64,000 nt of DNA, from contig OZ242367.1 of the NCBI GenBank assembly GCA_965209015.1, positions 447,160 through 511,159 on the forward strand, given 5' to 3'. Origin of the DNA: Rhodothermales bacterium. Its GTDB lineage: Bacteria > Bacteroidota > Rhodothermia > Rhodothermales > Bin80. The notes under the pieces were generated by a model. The model was not told the DNA's origin. It did no database searches and saw nothing but the letters and a program-made list of their open reading frames with translations. The stretch's first letter is position 1. Each line of letters opens with the position of its first letter. Below are positions 31,125 to 39,561 of the stretch, in pieces. The position numbers and the translations under genes were made by a program.

Positions 31125-31580
31125 GGCTGCGTGAGCAACTTAGCGATCATGCGGCGCAGGCCTTGAAACGAACAGTCTAGGGAAAAAGTCTGACCATTCG
31201 CCGTCAAATAGCATTGTGCTTCCCAAGTTTTCAAACCTTCTGTATCCTTTTCCGACTGTTTTGATTTCTTTAAGTTTTGGCGTTAATCCACACTGTCTCT
31301 GCGTTCAACCACATATGATAAAGCACATTACAAACTCTATCAAGGTGCCGCTAAGACCTCTCGGCAATCCTGATGATCGCACTGAAGTATATGTATCCAG
31401 ACGAAATTGCCAGTCTACGAAGCCTGAGCGCGGAGTTCAAAGAGATGCACTGAAATTCAATCTTCAGTTGGCGAACGGCGGCAGAGATGCTTGCTTCTTT
31501 GACTCACCCAATCACCGCCTCTTCAAAATCACACGTAAACTGTGTCCTCAGCGATGCCCAGTTGAGATTGGCCGGAGTAG
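31125..31580 (-). pseudogene. ISL3-family transposase relic (internally deleted, frameshifted)
   Basis: Minus-strand translation gives 'NLNWASLRTQFTCDFEEAVIG*VKEASISAAVRQLK', which aligns with the intact copy's 'VPWADARVQFTTGFEARVIDW..SLSTVATRLK'. About 150 nt further on it gives 'KLKEIKTVGKGYRRFENLGSTMLFDG', matching 'SRIKSIKVRARGYRNKQRFATAIYFYLGG'. The middle of the gene is missing. Confidence 0.45.
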
Positions 31581-31585
31581 TGATT

Positions 31586-31834
31586 TTAATGTTCAATATC
31601 TTTGGGAGGATTAGGGTCCTGCCCCGGCGGAATCGTATCTTTACTTCTGATTTTTCCATCACGTCCCTTTGTAGTAAGTTCGCCACCACCCTGATTTCTA
31701 AGATTCTCCTTAGCGGCATCTTGTGCATCTCTTTGAGTGTCATGTAGACTTGTGGGCCTCTCTCTATCGTTTCGCTTATTCACCCACTTGCCGTTTTCAT
31801 TTATATACACGGTGCGATCTTGTGGTTTTGCCAT
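31586..31834 (-). CDS. DUF2188-like small protein
   Basis: 'VYINENGKWVNKRNDRERPTSLHDTQRDAQDAAKENLRNQGGGELTTKGRDGKIRSKDT' matches the DUF2188 pattern. Confidence 0.55.
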   Translation of the reverse strand: MAKPQDRTVYINENGKWVNKRNDRERPTSLHDTQRDAQDAAKENLRNQGGGELTTKGRDGKIRSKDTIPPGQDPNPPKDIEH

Positions 31835-32354
31835 TGTAATAATTTGTTTGATGAACTGACCATTAGTCCAACTATTGTGCCATTATTCGTTTAATGTACT
31901 ACGGGGGACATGCATACAATGTTTGTCATCACAGTGATGGACATTTTGACAGAAAAATCACATAAACCGCAACATTGAAATTATTCCGGCACTGTGCCTA
32001 CTGTCTCTCATTATACATCCAGAGTTGAGACACAAGAAGCCTCAATTGAACTTGTATGTTCCCATACCATAAGGTAGTCAATTCCATTCTGGCTGATTAA
32101 TATTTAATTCTAATGGGGGAGGAATGCCTAAGAGGAAAAGGATCGCAGGGTGGAGAGTAGACTCTACGAACAGAGGGAAACGGGAATTGACATGACATAT
32201 ATAACCAGTCAATTATCAGAGCGTCCAACATGTCGGCAAACATATGTGAAGAAACTGTTGATAATGGCAAAATGGATGAGGCGTAAACAGGCTGATCCGC
32301 ATACCATTCGACCGTCCGATTTCGGCATACAGGGAGATAACATTGTCAGACAGT

Positions 32355-33506
32355 TTAAGAAGTTTGACGATTAAACCACGAACTTTCAAGTTCTTTGACC
32401 TGTTTCTCTATCAATGCACGGTGGTCTGATTCATTCATGCTCATGAACTGATCCTTCTCCACAAGGGTAATTTCTTCCTGATCTGAATGTCCCAAGCGTA
32501 GGATCTGGAGAGCCTCGTGTTCAGGTAGCAACCCTTTGATGAACGCTCTGTGTATCAAAAGGTCTAACCTTTGTGGGATTTCTGGGGCAAGTTGTTGAGG
32601 CTCTTTTTTCCTCCATCCCATTTTACCGATCATTATACACCACTTCTTGTACAGGTAGTGGTTAATCACTTCTAACTCACGTAACCGATATAAGAGTGCC
32701 TGTATACTCATCCCATATCTTCGTTTAAGCAGAAACAATTCCTGACTAGAGATAAATGTTCTGCGACGACCAATATCACGAAATAACGTCTGAGAAGGAG
32801 CCAAAAAAGCTCCCCCAAACCGATATGCCACTTTCTCTTTATCACGATAATCATCAGATTCAACACTCAAAACGAGATGCCCTAACTCATGTGCTAAGTT
32901 AAGTCGTTGTCGGTCACCAGAAAGCCCCCGTCTTGATACAACTCCCGAAGAGACAGGAACGCTCTGGCTATTGAGTGCTCGGAGTGAAAGACCATCAAAC
33001 CCCTCTGTTGCATCAATTTCAATCACATGAATTTGTTTGTTCTCTAATAAGTTAACCATACTTGGAATAGGATCTGTACCCAATCTCCAATGATTACGAA
33101 GTTCAAAAGCGGCACCCTCTGCCTCCTCAACATTGCTGATGCATTGAGGCTCTGGTAACGTCTCAGTCCTATTGAATTCTCCCAGCATATCCAATAGACG
33201 TATTCTCTCTTCAAGAGCAAACTGACATAGGCTTTCTATTCGGTTTTGTTCATGCTTACGCAATCTTGAGCCTTTGCGGTATTCAACAATTTCAATCTCA
33301 ACGGTGGCTCTGCGAGAGAGAGACTCAATACTGACATTCAGTGCCTCGGCAAGCTTTTCTATAACTTGTTTTGAAGGTAACGATGCACCCCGCTCATATT
33401 TCGAGAGCGATTGCTTTGTTACAAACCCATCCATAGATTGGGCAAGATCGTCCAGAGACATGCCCTTCGCAAGGCGAAATTGTTTCAATCTTTCACTGGT
33501 AAGCAT
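32355..33506 (-). CDS. Fused XRE-family HTH / ImmA-IrrE (COG2856) zinc metallopeptidase regulator (CapH-CapP-like)
   Basis: N-terminal HTH 'ERLKQFRLAKGMSLDDLAQSMDGFVTKQSLSKYERG'. HExxH in 'LAHELGHLVL'. The start was trimmed to the ATG at 33506; the track's TTG is at 33539. Divergent from the CD-NTase operon. Confidence 0.85.
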   Translation of the reverse strand: MLTSERLKQFRLAKGMSLDDLAQSMDGFVTKQSLSKYERGASLPSKQVIEKLAEALNVSIESLSRRATVEIEIVEYRKGSRLRKHEQNRIESLCQFALEERIRLLDMLGEFNRTETLPEPQCISNVEEAEGAAFELRNHWRLGTDPIPSMVNLLENKQIHVIEIDATEGFDGLSLRALNSQSVPVSSGVVSRRGLSGDRQRLNLAHELGHLVLSVESDDYRDKEKVAYRFGGAFLAPSQTLFRDIGRRRTFISSQELFLLKRRYGMSIQALLYRLRELEVINHYLYKKWCIMIGKMGWRKKEPQQLAPEIPQRLDLLIHRAFIKGLLPEHEALQILRLGHSDQEEITLVEKDQFMSMNESDHRALIEKQVKELESSWFNRQTS

Positions 33507-33539
33507 AAAATGTGGACTACTTGTGAAAATAGTTGACAA

Positions 33540-33558
33540 TTCAACAAAATTTGTTGAA
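33540..33558. promoter_or_regulatory. Perfect 9-1-9 palindrome (candidate operator) in the divergent promoter region
   Basis: TTCAACAAA-A-TTTGTTGAA at 33540-33558. It abuts TTGACA (33534-33539) and overlaps TTGAAA (33554-33559). TACAAT lies at 33579-33584. Confidence 0.5.
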
Positions 33559-33611
33559 ACTTGTAAACCGAAAGCGTGTACAATACAAGTTTAATTAAAA
33601 CCCCCGAAATA

Positions 33612-34766
33612 ATGAATACATCCCACAGCCAACAAGATGAACGTAACAGGTCTCTTGACCAATTACTCCGATCAATTTGTACCCAGAATCAAATCACAAA
33701 ATCGCAACATGATCTTGCCGTGGAGCGGTACCAAAAAATCAGCAAATTTCTGTCAGGAAGTGGCTGCCCTTTGGCAAAATACAGCCCTGAGATTTACTCT
33801 CAGGGCTCATTCAGGATTGGTACAACCAATAGGCCCACAGGACAGGATGAATTTGATATAGATTTTGTATGCGAGTTTGCAAGTCGGTCCGCCAGTACAG
33901 GAGGCCCCGATCAATTACTTCAAGAATTGTACGATACCATTCAAAAGCACAGGGGTTATAGTCAACTTGTTGAAATGAAAAAACGTTGCGTACGACTAAA
34001 TTACGCTGGAGACTTCCACATGGATATCTTGCCAGCTATCCCTAACCCCATGAAAGGTCAAAGTTGTGTTAAGGTTCCCGATCGTAAGCTACACCACTGG
34101 ATAGATAGCAATCCAAAGGGATATGCTGAGTGGTTTGAGCAAATTGCTAATGGTAGACAAGGATGGGATAGAAAATCTACGCAGCCTATTCAAGATTACG
34201 AGTCCGCCCAACAAAAAGTAACTCTCAGAGTGGTGGTTCAGCTTATGAAACTTTGCCGTGATGTAGTTTTTGCTGGAAGAGATTATAACAAAGATTTTGC
34301 CCCTCCAAGTATTATTCTTACTGCGCTTGCAGCGAACCTGTATCGTGATGAGGATTCCGTGAATCAAGCAATTAGTTCAATCCTCAATCAGATTGTACAT
34401 GATATCAAAGATCCCGGAGGTGAGATGTTGATAGTGGTTAATCCGACGAACCCTGACGAAAAATTCAGTGAGAAGTGGGAGCAAAACTCCACATCATATC
34501 AGCAATTCATTAGGTGGATTCGGTACTTTGAAACAGTATGGAAACAGTTGCAGAGCCAGCAAGGATTATCCCAAATCAAACAAGAGCTTGAAAAACTTTT
34601 CGGTGAGGATATTACCAAAAGTGTATTCTTTGAACTGGAGGATCAACTAGTTCAGTCTCGGCGAAGGGGTGAGTTAGGAGTATTACCGATTGCGGGGGTA
34701 GTCAACATGCCGGAAGAACCAAGTGCGATTCAGGTCAAACCTAACACTTTCTACGGGCATCAATAG
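33612..34766 (+). CDS. CD-NTase / SMODS-family nucleotidyltransferase (CBASS cyclase-like)
   Basis: Pol-beta NTase motifs 'QGSFRIGTTNRP', 'DEFDIDFV' and a third acidic site 'FHMDILPA', followed by 'SNPKGYAEWF'. The start could be 33576 or 33612. Confidence 0.8.
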   Translation: MNTSHSQQDERNRSLDQLLRSICTQNQITKSQHDLAVERYQKISKFLSGSGCPLAKYSPEIYSQGSFRIGTTNRPTGQDEFDIDFVCEFASRSASTGGPDQLLQELYDTIQKHRGYSQLVEMKKRCVRLNYAGDFHMDILPAIPNPMKGQSCVKVPDRKLHHWIDSNPKGYAEWFEQIANGRQGWDRKSTQPIQDYESAQQKVTLRVVVQLMKLCRDVVFAGRDYNKDFAPPSIILTALAANLYRDEDSVNQAISSILNQIVHDIKDPGGEMLIVVNPTNPDEKFSEKWEQNSTSYQQFIRWIRYFETVWKQLQSQQGLSQIKQELEKLFGEDITKSVFFELEDQLVQSRRRGELGVLPIAGVVNMPEEPSAIQVKPNTFYGHQ

Positions 34767-34787
34767 ATACTATGCTATGGGATAGAA

Positions 34788-35201
34788 ATGACACTTCCTC
34801 AACAAGATGCGAATATACACATGTATTATTCCCAGTTTCAAACAACTTGGAATAAGGGTACCATAATCTGGAATGGCCCGATTCGGCCCTGTTCGCTAAG
34901 TGATATCTATGATATCCGAATCAAATACCGGTTGAGAAGTGCACCCCAAGTAAATGTCCTATCTCCGATACTGAAAAAAAAGGCCAATGACAAACCTATT
35001 CCCCATATTTACAGTGATGGATCTTTGTGTCTCTACCTGCCAAGAACTAATGGGTGGGCTCCCCATATGTCCATAGCAAAAACAATTATCCCATGGACAT
35101 ACATGTGGCTTTACTTCTATGAGTTCTGGCAGGCCACGGGTAGATGGATAGGGGGAGGTGAACATCCAAGCTTCAGATCAGAAAGAAGAAGGAAACCATG
35201 A
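34788..35201 (+). CDS. Minimal UBC-fold E2-like protein (Cap2-short-like)
   Basis: The layout parallels eukaryotic E2 cores. 'IIWNGPIRP...YDIRIKY....PQVNVLSP' corresponds to 'W.A.I.GP...Y...F.L.I.FP...PP.V.F'. 'PHIYSDGSLCLYL' corresponds to 'HPNI...G.ICLDIL' (Cys81). 'GWAPHMSIAKTI' corresponds to 'WSPALTI..VL'. Confidence 0.65.
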   Translation: MTLPQQDANIHMYYSQFQTTWNKGTIIWNGPIRPCSLSDIYDIRIKYRLRSAPQVNVLSPILKKKANDKPIPHIYSDGSLCLYLPRTNGWAPHMSIAKTIIPWTYMWLYFYEFWQATGRWIGGGEHPSFRSERRRKP

Positions 35202-36136
35202 CCAGGCGTATTCTTAGTATAGATGGAGGTGGAGTCAAAGGTGCTTTTCCAGCTTCTTTTCTGGCTAAAGTAGAAGAAAGTATCGGTTGCCATGTAGCTG
35301 ACTATTTTGACTTGATTACGGGAGTGAGCACTGGTGGTATTCTGGCGCTTGGTCTCGGTCTACGGATCGAGGCTGAGAAGTTGATTAGTTTTTATGAGAA
35401 CAGAGGGGCAGAGATATTTCCTGAAAATCAATCTTTCCATCACATTCGTTCTTTATTTTCTGCCAGATACAGGCAAGAGCCCTTAAAAGCAGCACTTCAC
35501 GAAGTATTTGGAAACCACAAATTAGGCCAAAGTAAGAGTCGGTTGGTGATTCCATCAACTAATCTTGAAACAGGCGATGTCTATATATTCAAGACATCAC
35601 ATCATCCACGCCTACAAAGTGACTTCAAAAGATCAATGGTTGAGGTAGCCTTGGCTACGAGCGCTGCTCCGGTCTATTTTCCATTCTATTCAAAGAAACG
35701 TGAAGTTCAACTAATAGACGGTGGGGTATGGGCCAGTAATCCTATTGCAGTGGCGGCGATAGAAGCTCTAACGATTTTAGAATGGAAAGAATCAATAGAA
35801 ATTCTCAGTCTGAGTTGCACTGGTAAGCCACTCAACATAAATCCAGATGGGCGAAAAGGGATGGGAGTTTTCCAGTGGTGTCGGTATAGTACTAACCTCT
35901 TCATGACCTCACAATCAAAGTCAGCTCTCGGGATGGCTCAACTTTTAGTGGGCAATAATAATGTAATGAGAATTGACACCACATTCAACCAAGGGAGGTT
36001 TAAGCTTGATAGAAGTAAGGATATAAACTCGCTCGTGGGGATAGGATCATCCGAAGCGCGAAAAGCGCTGCCAGAACTCAAGGAGCGCTTTTTCCAACAG
36101 ATCACAGAAAAGTTCATCCCAGTGAATAAACTGTAA
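35198..36136 (+). CDS. Patatin-like phospholipase (CapV-like effector)
   Basis: Oxyanion 'DGGGVKG', nucleophile elbow 'GVSTGG' (GxSxG) and catalytic 'IDGGVWASNP'. The start overlaps the E2-like stop as ATGA. Confidence 0.9.
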   Translation: MTRRILSIDGGGVKGAFPASFLAKVEESIGCHVADYFDLITGVSTGGILALGLGLRIEAEKLISFYENRGAEIFPENQSFHHIRSLFSARYRQEPLKAALHEVFGNHKLGQSKSRLVIPSTNLETGDVYIFKTSHHPRLQSDFKRSMVEVALATSAAPVYFPFYSKKREVQLIDGGVWASNPIAVAAIEALTILEWKESIEILSLSCTGKPLNINPDGRKGMGVFQWCRYSTNLFMTSQSKSALGMAQLLVGNNNVMRIDTTFNQGRFKLDRSKDINSLVGIGSSEARKALPELKERFFQQITEKFIPVNKL

Positions 36137-36306
36137 ATCTATCCTGACACCTCCCCGAAAATATTTCATTAATTGTCAGGATCTTGTATTCCAGTCCCAA
36201 CCTCAACGGTTCCTGTTATTCTATGTGAATTGTATGCCCTACATCACATTCACACAATCTTTACTCAGAGCGATGTTTATATACTCCATAGTCATCCTTA
36301 TGTGAA

Positions 36307-37194
36307 ATGGACTATTATGTCTTCTCTGATGAGAGCAGCCACACCGACGGAGAATTCAGGAGTATTGCTGCTATCTCGCTCCCATACATTTCCCGAGAGC
36401 AGATAACGGCTCTTTCCGACAGTCTGGCCCAAAGTATAGAGTTTTCAGAGAAAGGAGAACTAAAGTGGAGAAATATTGGAAGGAATGGTACAGCGAATGT
36501 TTGCAGAGCAAAGGCAGCAGTTGACTTTGTTCTTTCAAACCGTCAACAGGGGCTACGAATAGATGTGTTAACATGGGATATCAACGACTCACGTCACTCC
36601 GTTGAACACAGAGACGATATTGCAAATTATGCTCGAATGTATTTCCATTTACACCGTAATCTAATTAAACGACGTGGCGATAATACTCGCTGGCATTTAC
36701 GACCAGACAGGCAAGTTAGAATTGATTGGGATACTATTCAGAGGTGCTTCAGTAGTACCGGTACATGGCAACACAATACTCAAGAAATTCCTGAGCTATT
36801 AACTGAGGAAGCCCGTGAGGTCGCTCCATATGTGGACACTTTCAAGGAGGTAGACTCGGCTGAAACGCCGTTTATACAGTTGGCTGACATATTTGCGGGT
36901 ATGGCCAGTTACAGCCGTAAAAACACACAGATTATTCGGCAACTGCTGAATAAAAACAGTATACAAATAAAAATATTCCCCCCAGATGTGCCTGCTTATC
37001 AGGTATCCAGAAAGGATCATGGTCGCTTTCAAGTCATCTATCATCTGTATCGGTGCTGCAAAAAACAGAGACTTGGAGTATATCTGGAAAGTAAGGCATA
37101 CTTATTGACAAAGGCTCCAAGGAACCCTATAAACTTTTGGCATTACGAATCACAGCATCCTAGGGATAAGGCTCCCACGAAGAACAAGTTATGA
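36307..37194 (+). CDS. DUF3800-domain protein
   Basis: N-terminal 'YYVFSDESSH' (DESG-like) and C-terminal 'IQLADIFAGMASY', which are the two hallmark DUF3800 motifs. Confidence 0.65.
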   Translation: MDYYVFSDESSHTDGEFRSIAAISLPYISREQITALSDSLAQSIEFSEKGELKWRNIGRNGTANVCRAKAAVDFVLSNRQQGLRIDVLTWDINDSRHSVEHRDDIANYARMYFHLHRNLIKRRGDNTRWHLRPDRQVRIDWDTIQRCFSSTGTWQHNTQEIPELLTEEAREVAPYVDTFKEVDSAETPFIQLADIFAGMASYSRKNTQIIRQLLNKNSIQIKIFPPDVPAYQVSRKDHGRFQVIYHLYRCCKKQRLGVYLESKAYLLTKAPRNPINFWHYESQHPRDKAPTKNKL

Positions 37195-37450
37195 GTAAAT
37201 TTTTGAATGAAGAATTTCAGAGTTATATTCCCCAATCCGCATAGTTGGCCCGAATAATTTCAGGATTAGTTTGCACCATATCTCTCTTTAACATATTCAA
37301 AAGATTTCTTGTATGGAGGCCACAGGACCGTAGCCATAGAGTAAATCATTAGTTCAAATTTACGAATAATGATGAAACAATGATTATTTCGTCATTCTAT
37401 AGCCCATCAGAAATTATCCAAAGCAAGCAGAATTTATACTCAAATCTGAT

Positions 37451-37810
37451 ATGACCCAGCAATCAAATATCCGTATAAGTTCCCCAGAACTCGCCATTAC
37501 CGAGGGGAACCCGTTTAAATCTGATCAACTCAAGCGTAAGCCCTCATGTGAGTTGCTAACTGAGTTTGTATCTCGCATTGAAGGGCCTTGCACCATAGCA
37601 ATAGACGGCGCTTGGGGAAGTGGAAAGACTACGTTTCTAAATCTGTGGGCTGCTCATCTTAAGGATAACGCATTCTCCGTTATTCAAGTGAATGGCTGGA
37701 AAACGGACTACTTCAATGATCCCTTTCTTGCCATTGTCGGCGAAATGACGAAGCAACTGATGGACAAAGGGCAGTTTAAAACAAATGATCTCTCAGACCT
37801 CAAAAAATCT
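37451..37810 (+). pseudogene. KAP-family P-loop NTPase, 5' fragment truncated by ISL3 insertion
   Basis: Walker A in the KAP context 'CTIAIDGAWGSGKTTFLNLW'. The reading frame runs into the IS inverted repeat at 37811. No continuation is visible downstream of the IS. Confidence 0.7.
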
Positions 37811-39225
37811 GGCTCTTCGCACTTAAGAATGGGTTAATTGATTTCGGTAGCCTTCTGGATACATATCTAACCCTCCGAGATAGAAGTAAATCGCAGTGGC
37901 GAACCGCTGTTTATTTCGGTATCCCCGGGCACGGACCTTGATGCTTTTGATCCTACTATTGATACTTTCCGCTGGCCCATTGCTGACTTTGAGAACAATG
38001 GCATTGATGATCCCCCATAGATGTTTTTTGACGGTCTTCGCGGCCTCTTTCATGGGAGCAAGTCTACAGCGCATGGCCCAACTCAACCAGCGCGTCCAAC
38101 CTTTGCGTGCCCAAGTTCGGCTCTTATAGTGCCAGAGCCTCTGGGACAGGTCTTTGATTGCCCAAGCCCGAGCCGTTCTCAGCGAACTCTTCTTTAACGC
38201 TTGGAATCGTTTCTTTTGCTTGACCGACATATTCTGCGGATTGGTCAGCCATACATACTTGGTCCCTGTGAGATCCAGACTCCCTTCCTTCCGCAATTCT
38301 CGATTCTCCTGTTTCCGAACTTTATCTACTGCACCTCCTATATATCTGGCTACATGAAAGCGATCAAATGCAATCTTTGTTTCTGCGTCAGGAACCCATT
38401 TGAGTGTAGCGGAGATGAACGCGGGCCACATATCCATACTCAAGCTTTTGAGGGCTTTCAGTTGCGCAGGGGAACGGGAAGCATAATAGCTTTCCAGACT
38501 TTCTTTCTTCCGTTCATCCGCGACATGCAATACATGCCCCGTTTTCGGATTCCCCACTATCGTAACGTAGTTGTGCCCTTTTGTAAAGGCAATTTCATCC
38601 ACACAGATGTGTTCCGTCTTCTCTTTCTCTCTACGAGCAAGCCCTCGCTTGACCGCACGTTCCATGATATTGGAGATCATTCTCCAACTCACCTTCAGTC
38701 GAGTGGCCACCGTGGATAGACTGCCCGCATCCTCGGACCAGTCAATCACACGCGCCTCAAATCCGGTCGTAAACTGCACCCGCGCATCCGCCCATGGCAC
38801 CGATACCGTCTTGATCCCATGCTCCGAACACTGCACGCGAGGAACCCTCGCTACCACATGCGTGTGATAGTCACAGATTCGCGTATGACGCCACTTCCGA
38901 CGACGATGGTCGTAACCCGGACAGGCTTTCCCACACTCGGGACAACGTAACACCAAATCCTCTGAATAGATGACATGGATCTCCGCCGTCAACTCCTCGG
39001 AATCATAGGTGATCTCCGATACCTCCCACGAAGAGCCTATACCGAAGAGCTCACTAAGATCTTGAATTTGTATCGCCATGAATCGATAAATTGGTTGATT
39101 GGTTAATGAAAATGGATCGCGTATCTACCCATAAAATAAACATCAAAATCGACTCTGAACCCAATCCATCTCATGACCGTTCATCCTAATTCCAGGGCCT
39201 TGCCCACTTAAAAAGCTGTAGACCC
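37811..39225 (-). mobile_element. ISL3-family insertion sequence (copy 1, apparently intact)
   Basis: The ends are 'ggctcttcgcacttaagaatggg' (37811) and the reverse complement of 'gggtctacagctttttaagtggg' (ending at 39225). The latter matches the left IR of copy 2, 'gggtcttcaacaaatttagtg'. No matching 8-bp flanks: 'aaaaatct' versus 'ttatattt'. Confidence 0.75.
37823..39079 (-). CDS. ISL3-family transposase
   Basis: 418 aa. N-terminal zinc-finger 'CPECGKACPGYDHRRRKWRH', 'VDEIAFTKGHNYVTIV' and 'NGPAESINSRIKSIKVRARGYRN'. Confidence 0.9.
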   Translation of the reverse strand: MAIQIQDLSELFGIGSSWEVSEITYDSEELTAEIHVIYSEDLVLRCPECGKACPGYDHRRRKWRHTRICDYHTHVVARVPRVQCSEHGIKTVSVPWADARVQFTTGFEARVIDWSEDAGSLSTVATRLKVSWRMISNIMERAVKRGLARREKEKTEHICVDEIAFTKGHNYVTIVGNPKTGHVLHVADERKKESLESYYASRSPAQLKALKSLSMDMWPAFISATLKWVPDAETKIAFDRFHVARYIGGAVDKVRKQENRELRKEGSLDLTGTKYVWLTNPQNMSVKQKKRFQALKKSSLRTARAWAIKDLSQRLWHYKSRTWARKGWTRWLSWAMRCRLAPMKEAAKTVKKHLWGIINAIVLKVSNGPAESINSRIKSIKVRARGYRNKQRFATAIYFYLGGLDMYPEGYRNQLTHS

Positions 39226-39561
39226 TTATATTTGAATGCTGAATTTAATAGGGAGTTGGAAAAACCTATTGATTGATCCATCGGATATAAACAAAAGGCA
39301 TTCAAGAATTCCCAAAGCCCTGGATGATCATTTTTCAGAAAAGTCCTCAGCCTTTGGGTTAGATTCTTTGGCTCTTCAGCCATTATCGTCCAGTACGATA
39401 CTTTTCGGAAAACATATCTGATCTGTGAGGAGAAATCTCCGGTGAAACAAAAGAAACATTTGAAGATATTTTTTAGAATTCAATAGTTTACTGTAATCTT
39501 TGCAGGCCTTCAGCATTAATTTTGTGAATAACCTGATTCTTCATACCACAAGGAAAAAGCT

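Noticed and set aside
31216-31614. 132-aa plus-strand ORF.
   Set aside because: It lies antisense to the ISL3 transposase relic and has no recognisable features.
37896-38867. Plus-strand ORFs (67-172 aa) inside ISL3 copy 1, and the similar minus-strand ORFs in copy 2 (62310-63405).
   Set aside because: They are antisense to the transposase genes and have no motifs.
39370-39377. A solitary 'ggctcttc' matching the ISL3 IR tip, 145 nt beyond IS copy 1.
   Set aside because: It is only an 8-mer in direct (not inverted) orientation with no extended similarity. About two chance occurrences are expected in 64 kb on both strands.
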